64,000 bases of DNA, taken from assembly GCA_000934665.2 (NCBI GenBank), contig KZ538525.1:1-64000 (forward strand), in the 5' to 3' direction. Position numbers and translations under genes: made by a program. Source of the stretch: Catajapyx aquilonaris (taxonomy: Eukaryota). Position 1 is the first letter of the stretch. Each line of letters begins with the position of its first letter. This document shows, piece by piece, positions 54,601-64,000 of this stretch. The notes below the pieces were generated by a model. The model was not told the origin of the DNA, searched no databases, and was given only the letters and a program-made list of their open reading frames with translations.

Positions 54601-57100
54601 AAAAAAAGAGAGAGAGAGAGAATATTAAGCAGTTCCACTTCACCTTGTACTGTACCCATTCCCGGTTGATGCTAAGGGCATGATGGCTCTTTTTTTGTCT
54701 TCTTAAAAAGAAAGTAAAGATAATTTAAATAATAATGAGGTGAGGTAGAGAAGCCTTTTGTGGCTTCGTTTTAGCAAGTCCGATCTTAACAATATACTTA
54801 AAATCCCAATTACCTTTCGAAAACTATACACACACATAACAAAAAAATGTACTTAAGTCATGAACTGAGAACAATTTAATCAAATCACGTGTATGATACA
54901 TTCGATTAGTAATCGTAAATAAGAAGCTACATGCACCCAACTGTTATACTGAGTGAATGAATGTACCCACCACTGGTAGTGAAGAAGAAGAAGAAAAAAA
55001 AAATTAAGCAGAATATTTTATTTATTTAGTTAAATTTTTTTCTGTTTCCTATCACTAATTTTGACACAGCCCCGTTTTATAGCCCACCTTTTTCTACTTA
55101 TACCTTGCTACTGAGGCTTTGTACACAGACGATTAAAATAATTAAAACAGAAATATAATGATAAATCTAGAAAAAAGGCGCACCTCGCCAGTAGTGGTAT
55201 AAATGGTCAACTAAAAAATAAAATAAAATAAGGGCGGTTTTTTTGGTCCTAAGTGTTATCCAACTGTTGTGCCATAATTAATTATGATGTGCTTTACGAA
55301 ATGCAGGGGGCTGAGCATGTAATTGCTCACGAAGAGATACACCATACACAAAAAAGGAGACGAAAAAAATAATACCATTTAGCGCCAATGTCACACACAC
55401 ACATACCCTTTTTTTCTCTTTTTTGGTACACATGCTCTGTTGGTGTTGGAAACCGATTGTTGTACCCAAAAATGTGAAAAGGGAAGAAAAAAAAACGATG
55501 AGCATATCCATAGTGGGCCCAAAAAGAAACAAAATATTAACCCCCTTGGAAGTGAGTGCTTGGAATTTAAAAAAAAGGGGGTTGTTCAAGTGTGACGTAA
55601 CGCTTATCATTCAGATTTCAAATAATGTGAAGTAATCGCCATTTTTTTCCAACTGGTTTTTTTTTGTGTGTGTGCAGGCTTTTAATACGCACATGTGTTA
55701 CTATATCTGCGATAAAGGTCACGGTGTAAAATGGCGTGTAATCGTTTTTAAGGGATTTAAAAAATAAATACAAAGTGTGTGATGTGCAAGCATAACTTAT
55801 GGCTGTGCTGTTATGAAGCGATACGTAATACTTGAGCAGTCTGCAAAAGATTTTGAAAAAAAAAGAGAGAGCTCGAGTCGTACGTTTGCAGTTTTTTGAA
55901 TATTTGTAATGTAGCCTGATATTTTGCGCCAGCAGTTTTAATGATATTTTTTATTACAACTGGTAAAAAAAAAGTATGAAAATGGGGATACTTTGTGCCC
56001 TGTGTGGGGGTTACTGTGACACTAGGGACTATCACAGAGCCATCTAGTTAGTAAGAGATACTTGCCATTTGCTAGCTAGATGGAACTGGATGAATCCTTC
56101 AGAACCCCCTTCCAGATCTGAAGCATCCCCAAATTGTTTTGCCCTCTATTCTGAAGCTTCCATATTATAAACCACCCCCCCAAAAAAACTGTCTCCCATT
56201 TTCTTGGTTCTTTATATATTTAACAGAAAAACGAAGTCACTTATTCCTCTATCCAACTGTAATATTTATTTTTTTTTGATGGGGGAGGGAGGGGTGGGGG
56301 AAAAGGGGGGTGAATTCAGACGCATGGCACTTTTTTTGAAGAAAAAAACAAATATATATTATCCACTTTAAATAAATAAAAAAGTGAGAGTTGATCCCTC
56401 ACTGGACATCAACATTTAAAGAAAACAAACTTCAGTGATAATTCTAGTCATTTCTGTAACCATTGCGTTCCCGCGTTTCATAATTGGACATTTGCAATAT
56501 TGTTATTATTAATTATTATTTTTTTGAGACCGACTTTATCATTCGTGTTCTCAGTGGCTCGTGTTCTGAGCTTTTAAGGGTACATTTTAATTATTATTAT
56601 TTTTAACTTAAAAGGATGGGTAAATCTCATGCCTTAGAAAGCTCAGTTGTGTGAGACTTTGACAAAAAAAATTACATTACAGTCAAAAAAAAAAAAAGCA
56701 GGTGTGTATGTGTGTGCGCTCGCGATGGTGCGCATGCGTGAATGTTTTTATCAATATTACAATGTGCAAGTTTTCTTAGCCCTTTTTATGTTTCGATTTT
56801 TTATTGTATGTATATGAGGACGTTAATTATTTTTTTTTTCTCTCCTCTCTTTGAACTATGTATCTTATACTCTTAATACTACGTTAATAAGTTGATGGCT
56901 ACCAAAAAAGAAAATCGTGATGATGGATTTATCTTACTGGAAACGTGGACTTATTCGGGACGAATGGACGATTTTATGAGAGAGAAAATGAGTTTAAAAA
57001 AAATACAACCTCAAACGGACCTAGGGGATGAAAAAAAAATTCATTTAAGGAAAATAAAAATAAAAATAAAAATAAACAAGTATACCGCTAGACGCATCTT
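51648..57100 (+). other. Probable long AU-rich CaMKII 3' UTR with several polyadenylation signals
   Basis: AT-rich, no further exons or MITE-like repeats seen. AATAAA near 53171, 53513, 55217, 56371 and four in tandem at 57053-57076, followed by GT-rich sequence. The true end is inferred. Confidence 0.55.
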
Positions 57101-57559
57101 ATCCAGTGTATTGTCTGAACACTAGAATTTCTCTGGCAGATACCTACAAAATGTCACTGATGTAAATCAATTTAGTGTATCTGAATTCATGTCACTTGCA
57201 TCATGAACTGTTTCCAGTTTACCACTTGCTGTGTATTTGTGTGTTTGAGCTGACAATATACTCCTGTTCTTCAAGTGTCTTTGTTATTCCTGAGTTGACA
57301 TTTCATTGATATTGTTTGTGGCGTGCTGACAGTAACAATTAGTGACATTATTCACTGATATAGCAAATGCAGAGTGTACATCCTCAAAATAATTATGACA
57401 ATTTTAGTAACATCACCGTTGAATCACGTCTCTTGACGTGGCATCATCTGATTACGAAACTGCAATCTGACCTATCCGTATCAGCTTGAGAGAAAAAAAA
57501 GGGCAGCCCTCTGGAGAAAATAGGAACTTTTCGACTAGAGAGATCTAGGATCAAGGGTC

Positions 57560-57680
57560 TGCACTATCTCAGCACTTTATCTATAGGGAGCTCCCTGAAG
57601 GCCAAAGTCCTGAGGACACTACACACACACACACATACTGGAGAAATTTATAAAAGAGTTGGCGTGTGCGATTAGTACTG
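57560..57680 (+). promoter_or_regulatory. Putative upstream MTP promoter (TATA, Inr-like, GATA and HNF4/DR1-like motifs)
   Basis: TATAAAAG 57649-57656; TTAGT 57672-57676; minus-strand WGATAR at 57564 and 57577; AGGCCAAAGTCCT 57599-57611; about 100 bp upstream of a signal-peptide exon. Confidence 0.55.
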
Positions 57681-57749
57681 GCCTGTGGGGGGTCAACTCC
57701 TGGTCACTTGAGTCGTTTGCTTCGTTCAGGATTCTTTGTGGTAACAGTC

Positions 57750-57795
57750 ATGGATTGGAAGTGGACAGTGTCATTCCTCTTCTTCGCTGTATTTG
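57750..57795 (+). CDS. Mtp: MTP upstream first coding exon (signal peptide 1)
   Basis: gtcATGG..TTT G|gtaagc; MDWKWTVSFLFFAVF; phase 1. Confidence 0.72.
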
Positions 57796-60700
57796 GTAAG
57801 CTTTTTTTTTTTTGGAAGATGTTTTTTTGGTGAAAGCGTGTGTTAGGTTGAATGAAACGTTTTGCATGTTCAGAAAATGTGATAACTTTAAAACGTGCCA
57901 GATTTTTGCAATGGATGTGTTTTCGCGTCCAGAAATAGTCTGGAAAGCATTTAACGTTGCACAGTTGCGTCAGCCTGATAATACTCCAAAGGTCGTGGAA
58001 AAAAAAGCTTATTACCCAATTTACTCAGTGTCAGAAATATTAATTTAAAGACGACAAAATTAATGTGCTCCTTCAGAAGCAAAAAAAAAACAGATCAAAC
58101 TCCAAAGGTTGTGTATAAAAGCTTATTAGCCAGTTGCCTCAGTGTCAGAAATATTAATTGAAAGGCGACAAAATTAATGTGCTCCTTCAGAAGCAAATAA
58201 TGATTACAAGAAGGCAATGAACTGCAATGTGTCAACGTACCTGTTGTTTGATTAGTAAGAGGTCATGTCCTGTTTATCAGTGGGCACGTAATGACCGTAA
58301 TAGTTGTTAAACGATTACAAAAATCAAAGAGTGTTCGATTTAACAATGTTAGACATGGTAATACACTATGTATAACTAATTAAAAATTGAGATATCTATC
58401 ATTATGGGTTGAAAATTTTAAAGTTAATATCACGACTGCAACAAATCAAAATTTTGACCCAATTTTTTCGCCATGATAGATTGTGTGACTTGAAATTATT
58501 TCAAGGCTTGTTACATTTTTCTGCATGCTCCACAAACATTAGCTGCAAAAAAAAATAATCAGTTATTTCACACACGTGCCGTGAAAAATCCGCCCTCAAA
58601 TTAAACACAACATCTCCGAACTAAATGCCAAGGAAACATGTCCATTTAATTAGTGACGCCAGCTAGTAAATTCCACTTCATTTTCTTTCCCCCCTTCGAC
58701 TCGTCTTAGGTTCACTTTGCCATCAAGCTCCAGGTGAGTTTATAACAATTAAATTATTGCAATAATAATAAAAATGCATGCGCATGGACTTCACATAAAA
58801 CATTTATAAGTACTTGCCATTAAAGATGAATTAGTAGCAGATAGGTACAGGGTGAATCAAAACAATTTTTGCTAGATATTTTGTCTGGATTCTCTTGCGG
58901 AATATTTTGTCGAAGTGAAACTAATTTTGCAATCATTTTTTTAAATGTACTGTTCGAGACATTATAGAGAGTGACCGAAGAATGTGGCAACCGAGCCATC
59001 AATTACCACACACAGTACGAGATAGTACCGTATGAGGAACTCTGCTCAAGACCAAAGAGCTATTTTTATCCTCGCCAGCAAATTGCCTCAATACCATATA
59101 GGAAAAACGATAGCACTTTGTTACATGACCTTCGTTAGTCGAGGGAATGAAATATTGATTCACTAATGATATACATTGTGAAGAGTATCCAGAGTTCAAT
59201 GTTGCGTAGCTTCTTTTTTTTTTTTTTGCATGTAAACAACTTAACGGGAGATGGTGTGTTGAGCACGTTACGACTTCATGTTTTAAAAAGATTTGCATCA
59301 GCCATCAGCAGCATCGGTAGCACTTTCGAACACGTATGAGGCAATAGCACATATCCTGCAAGACCAGTTACAAAACGAAAGCAAAGTCTTGAAGGAAAAA
59401 ATAAATAAATAAATTCAGATCTCAATTGGCGATTTTTTTTCTCACCAAGCTGCTTATCATTATGCATTTTAAAATCAAAATATTATAGCTACTAATATTA
59501 TGTTGCTTTTCAACTGCTCATGTTTTAGGCGGAAAAAAATCTGAATAAATTCAGAGCCCCAATTTTTTTGCCAATATGCTTTTAGCTGCAAATAGATTAG
59601 TTTATCTGTTTCACAACTTCTGAAAACATTATCAAAAAAAATCGTTCCCATCAGCAAAATTGTGAACAGCTCGTATGATTTTGAGACATATTTTTGGCAC
59701 AAATTTTTTTGCGGATTTTTAGTCACACTGTGGTCACCTGCGCTATTATGTGGGCAAAGGATGTGGGACAAATTGCGATCCGTCACGCCCTACTCGCATG
59801 AAAAGAACCGAAACATACTTGGGGGGGGGGGGGGGGGGGGGGGGGGTGGAATACCACCATTNCCCCTTGCACAGCTCAAGCTAACGGGGTTTGTGTTTTG
59901 GAAAAAAGAGTCTCGAGGTATGGGATAACGGTACGAGAGACTCTGAGTGTAGAAGAAGCGGACGGTAATAGCAATGGTCCAATGCCCTGGACTCCAGTGT
60001 GAGTGTATGCGCCTGAACTAGGAGGAAGGTGATTGCTTCTTGGAATTAACTGTGAAGGCCAGTTGGTCACTTGCTGTAGGTCAGGATTTTGTGCTTCTGT
60101 TTGTCCGGACAGTGTTGCCTAAGTGGTTACGACTTCCGCTGCAATATTTGGGATTCCCCCTCACAAATTCCAGAGACCAGTAAGGAATTTTCCATTTGAG
60201 AAGACGAGTGACCTTCCTTCATGTTTGCTAGGTAATCGACCTTCCTCCTGACCTTGACAAGCAGGTAAAAGTTAGGGGGGGAACCCTCAGCACAAGAGAT
60301 TACATTTCCCTAGCCCTGCCCCTCATGCAGACAGTCAGTGTGTGAGGAGCTGGTGTGTGTCAGTGTGTGGTGAGAAACCGCAGCATGTGGACAGTGCTTT
60401 TGGTGACACTGCTGGTGGTGCGGTGTGACTCTTTTGTGCTTTTGTCACACGCAGCCAGCACCAGGACCTATGAGTTGGGTACTTCCTATTCGTACGAGTA
60501 TGTGACTGAAGTTCTGCTCAACGAGGTGACAGGACAACAACCGGCGTCTACTGTCGGATACCAGGTGTCGGCGGATGTACAGGTCACACCGGTATGGCAG
60601 AACGAAGCCGAAAAACTTATGCAAATCAAGGTACGTTCCGTATGACTTCCAAGTTTTATCTGGTGTCGAACTTTGGTCCCGGAGACGAAGGTCCGTTCGC

Positions 60701-63700
60701 ACGTAGATAAAAAGGAAGTGACTTTGGTCCGTTGCACATGGTTAGTGATAAACCTCTACACGTTTTAGCACTAACCACAAGTCGCCAAAAGTAAAATTTG
60801 TCGTTAATACCTGCTTATACAATCAGATCATATATGAAGGACGTGGTTGTTGCGTAATTGCTACATGAAATAAAATAATGAGAGTATAGGAAGTAACGAA
60901 ACTGGTTATATTACGCAATAATCGAGCAAAACACAAATTGTGTCCTTCATATCTTCCGCATTACTTCAACAAAATGATCTGAAAATATTGAGCAATTTGG
61001 ATCTTGTACAGTGCGAAATTAGTATTTGCGTACAATCATGCATGTAAATAATGTGCACATTGCAGTTTGTAAGCACAAAGCAATGCTGACTTGACCATCT
61101 GACTGGGCAAGGTCACACGAGTTGAATTATTGAATGAATCAAGAATGATTGTTCTCAATTGGTGCGTCCCCCAGTCCTCGGTGTTAATGCACTTTTGTCA
61201 CACTTGGTGTGCATCACTTTCTACTGACCATATTTTTCAAAAAAAAATATTTGAGACAAATTTGCTCAAGTTTCTTCTCCATAAATTGATTTGTGAAAGG
61301 TTCAAATAATTGCTGAAAATTTCTGGGAGTGTTGTACAGTACATTCAGGCAACGTCGCAGAGACATTCAAAATATAGGTAAAGGCAGCGCAAAACAACCG
61401 CTCAGCCGAATAATGCGGTGACCTTGACCCTTGAAGGAAGCTTCTCTAGCGGAAAAAAGAGCCCAAGAGTGACGGTCAAAAGAAGAATGTATGTTGAAAC
61501 GAGGCCATGGTCACTCCATTTATCTGAAAAACATTTTTTCAAAAAATAAATAAATAAATAAATAAATTTTCTGTCAAGGGTGAGAATTATTTAAATGCAT
61601 GGTAATCACTTCCTTTCACTTATGCAGAGTCACCCAAACTCGTTTAGCACCTTATAACATGTACGGTTGTTTTTCCAGTCGCTGGTTTAATACCAAGTGA
61701 GTGTGAATTATTCTCGTTAACATTAAGCATAAATAATAATGACTACATGTTATGTCTTTAAATTTTGAGTAGTTCCCGCATTGCGCGCGGCGGCCATCTT
61801 GGAATCGGAAATTTCCGATTCCAAGATGGCCGTCGCGCGCAATTGGAACTTGTTAATCTGCAATTAATTGCTATTAAATTTAATTGAAATTGACATTATT
61901 TTTGCACACACTTTTCACTTTGCTAAAATTCAGCAAAAAATTTTTCTTTCTCAGCTTGTTTCGCCTAAGCTTCACATAAGGTCTCGCAAGGCCCCGTCGC
62001 CAGAGGGCTTCCTGAGTCACAGCTCCCGATTGGACAGCTCCGAGAATGACCCCGTTTACGTCATCTGGAATTCCGGGAGGGTCAGCGGCCTGCTTGTCTC
62101 CAAAGGAGAGTCCGAGTCGCTGCTCAATCTCAAGAGAGGTGTGGCTGGAATATTCCAGGTAATTGTCTCATATATAGAATTGGCTTGAGTTCGGTTTTGT
62201 CCGGGGTGAGTCATCATCTAGGTGCATGTAGTGTGGCAGTAGTGTGCAGATGCGCCATCTATGTGAGGGGTATGGTACTACCTGAACAGTCTCGGGCAGT
62301 GTTGCCAATTGTTAGCAAAAGGTTCGATATAAGTGAATTTTTTACGAGCTCAACCGAATGCGCACCCACACTCGCGCAAGTCCATGGTTCCGACAACAAT
62401 GTTGCCAGAGTTACTCATCGTGAGCCAAATTACACATTGGTAGCCTCCAAAGAGTTCTGCTATACATGCAGTAGCCTACATACTTGTAATATGAGAACTC
62501 TTTGGTAGTGTGTAAGCCAGCTTCTAAGAGTCTTGCAATTTGGCAACGTCGCAAAAGCCGGCCATATTGTAACCCCCTCAAGTGTAGTGTTGGAAAGAAT
62601 TTGAGCGAGCTGTATTGTGATCATTTAAAAAATATGTAACCTAAAACCTAATATGACTTTGTTGTTGACCAGTTTCAGGACAGGAGTTCGGAGGTGGAGG
62701 AATCGGGAGTTACTGGAGTGTGTCGAGTGACGTACAGGACCAACGACGGAAGACATGTGACCAAGGAGGTCAACCAGTGCCAAAATGCTGAGCAGCTAGT
62801 TTCATATACGCATAACAACCCGGTATAAATTCTGACGTTTACATATTTTTAAAAAATATATAAATTAATATAAATAATGAATATTTGACCCCTCAGGTTT
62901 TGGGATCAAGTGTGGAGTCTACGTACAAGTCTGAGTACTCGTTGTCAAGGGAGGAGAGTGTGATTGCAAAGGCGGAAGTGGAAGAGACCCATGTTGTTCG
63001 AGTATCGATGAAGAAAGACTCGGGCAATCTGGTCAGTTCACGCCAATCAATAAAACTGACAGGTAATACATCTTTTACAATTTGGGGGGGGGGGGGGATT
63101 TGTATTCTGGTAATAAATCAACAATCACAAAATAATTGCAGGTACGAGTACATCGAAGGAGAAGCTGCAGGCCAGTACACTGACCGCAGCAGTACAGGAG
63201 TTGTCAAAAAAATATAAGGTCGAGTTGGTCCAAGTGACGTTAGAAAGTTCGCCAGAAACTCACACGTGCACTGAAAATTGTAAAAATGTAAGTACAGCAG
63301 AGCATGATGTGATAAAGAGACGTGTTTTCTCTTGCTCTGTTGATGCCACGATTTTGATCAAAATTTCATTTTTCCAGTTTGCTAATCTAGTCGAAGAACT
63401 GAAGGACGTTCTGCTGGCCAAACACATGGCGACTGTCAAAATGGCCTCAGCTCATGCCAAGCTGGTCCAGAAGCTAAGGACCACCCCTAAAAGTGCGATA
63501 GTGGAAGTTCTGAAGAGCAAGAAGTACAAGAAGCAGCTGTAAGTACTCCTGGCGATGAAACTAACTGACAAAATATTGGTTAATAACAATGATTCCCTAT
63601 AAGCCCACAGATACTCGACGCCATCGCAACCGCGCAGACTGTCGATTCACACAATGCTGTCAAGGAAATACTGGACTTCAAGAAAGCAGAGAACATAGAA

Positions 63701-64000
63701 CTACCTGAGCGTTATCTTCTTGCGCTGTCGTTAGCGTCACATCCGCCTGAGGAGGTCGTTAGAGGTACGGCAACAATGGATAAGTTTGAATCAAATGAAT
63801 TGATGGGATCAAAAATTTCAGATTTGATGGAAATTAGCAAGAAGAAGATATCGAACCAGAAGCTGAAGGAAACATTGGTGTTGACCCTTGGAGCTTTTGC
63901 GAAAACACTCAGCCGCAACTCACCGAAGGTTAGTGTTGTTTACGTACTCCAGACATAACTTGGCTGATGTTTTGACATTTCTGCAGCTAGTGGATGAGAT
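57750..64000 (+). CDS. Mtp: Microsomal triglyceride transfer protein large subunit (LLTP / Vitellogenin_N family), multi-exon, 3' incomplete
   Basis: Exons 57750-57795, 58710-58733, 60455-60630 (or 60385-60630), 61955-62158, 62673-62822, 62897-63062, 63142-63287, 63378-63538, 63604-63764, 63822-63928, 63987->64000 join in frame. Motifs: YELGTSYSYEY, NLKRGVAGIFQ, EESGVTGVCRVTY. The segment LPQILDAIATAQTVDSHNAVKEILDFK..ERYLLALSLASHP matches recalled human MTP LPQLVDAVTSAQT..ERFLYACGFASHP. Confidence 0.9.
58002..58197. repeat. Local direct duplication (about 80-bp block, about 115-bp period)
   Basis: ctcagtgtcagaaatattaatt..cgacaaaattaatgtgctccttcagaagcaaa occurs twice. Confidence 0.85.
58710..58733 (+). 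CDS. Mtp: MTP 24-nt mini-exon
   Basis: Pyrimidine tract..cttag|GTTCACTTTGCCATCAAGCTCCAG|gtgagt; GSLCHQAP; phase 1-1. Confidence 0.7.
60385..60630 (+). CDS. Mtp: MTP exon with own ATG/signal peptide 2 and an internal acceptor (exon start 60455)
   Basis: MWTVLLVTLLVVRCDSFVLLSHA|ASTRTYELGTSYSYEYVTEVLLNE..KLMQIK|gtacgt. Confidence 0.88.
61780..61843. repeat. 64-bp loopless palindrome (1 mismatch)
   Basis: attgcgcgcggcggccatcttggaatcggaaa|tttccgattccaagatggccgtcgcgcgcaat. Confidence 0.92.
61955..62158 (+). CDS. Mtp: MTP exon
   Basis: tctcag|LVSPKLHIRSRK..NLKRGVAGIFQ|gtaatt; 204 nt. Confidence 0.92.
62200..62630. mobile_element. Dispersed repeat copy in an MTP intron
   Basis: Homology blocks with 1417-1480, 19898-20010 and 8745-8990. 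Confidence 0.78.
62673..62822 (+). CDS. Mtp: MTP exon
   Basis: gaccag|FQDRSSEVEESGVTGVCRVTY..HNNP|gtataa; an in-frame alternative acceptor lies 6 nt downstream. Confidence 0.88.
62897..63062 (+). CDS. Mtp: MTP exon
   Basis: cctcag|VLGSSVESTYKSEY..SRQSIKLT G|gtaata. Confidence 0.9.
63142..63287 (+). CDS. Mtp: MTP exon
   Basis: ttgcag|GT ACG..TCTENCKN|gtaagt. Confidence 0.88.
63378..63538 (+). CDS. Mtp: MTP exon
   Basis: tttccag|FANLVEELKD..KKYKKQ CT|gtaagt. Confidence 0.9.
63604..63764 (+). CDS. Mtp: MTP exon (alpha-helical domain)
   Basis: ctataag|C CCA CAG ATA..; LPQILDAIATAQT..SHPPEEVVR G|gtacgg; phase requires the AAG acceptor. Confidence 0.9.
63822..63928 (+). CDS. Mtp: MTP exon
   Basis: tttcag|DLMEISKKKISNQKLKETLVLTLGAFAKTLSRNSPK|gttagt. 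Confidence 0.88.
63987..64000 (+). CDS. Mtp: MTP exon start, truncated by window end
   Basis: tttctgcag|CTA GTG GAT GAG AT. Confidence 0.75.

Noticed and set aside
59821..59846. Long G/C homopolymers (also about 437, 1523, 7314) as G-quadruplex elements
   Set aside because: Scattered throughout, often next to N calls, so their lengths are unreliable, and no positional pattern is evident.
59876..60170. Possible retroelement pol remnant on the minus strand
   Set aside because: Only a vague resemblance (PDLQQVTNW); no RT, RNase H or integrase motif seen.
60385..64000. Vitellogenin or apolipophorin identity for the second gene
   Set aside because: Same LLTP family, but the compact N-terminal barrel and the LPQILDA..AQT..ERYL..ASHP segment fit MTP better.

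Overview
Eukaryotic, most likely arthropod, genomic DNA with two intron-rich + strand genes; nearly all ORF-track entries are spurious. (1) CaMKII spans 11413-51647. I assembled 15 constitutive GT-AG exons by hand; they stay in frame to a TAA. Exon 1 lies upstream of the window, and a long AU-rich 3' UTR probably runs to about 57.1 kb. The linker region (39.6-49.8 kb) holds a set of frame-preserving phase-1 modules the ORF track mostly misses: a tandem 5' splice site (+18 nt), candidate 3-nt and 6-nt microexons with upstream UGC motifs, and five cassette exons. It also holds a candidate Cys/His-rich terminal exon that would delete the hub domain. (2) The 5' part of a microsomal triglyceride transfer protein large subunit (MTP) gene spans 57750 to beyond 64000 and appears to have two promoters and two alternative signal peptides. 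The introns carry many MITE-like inverted repeats, a tRNA-derived SINE with a probable TSD, Helitron-like pieces, 33/37/54-bp minisatellites and a 270-N gap. All splicing calls rest on sequence signals and recalled protein family knowledge, with no transcript data.
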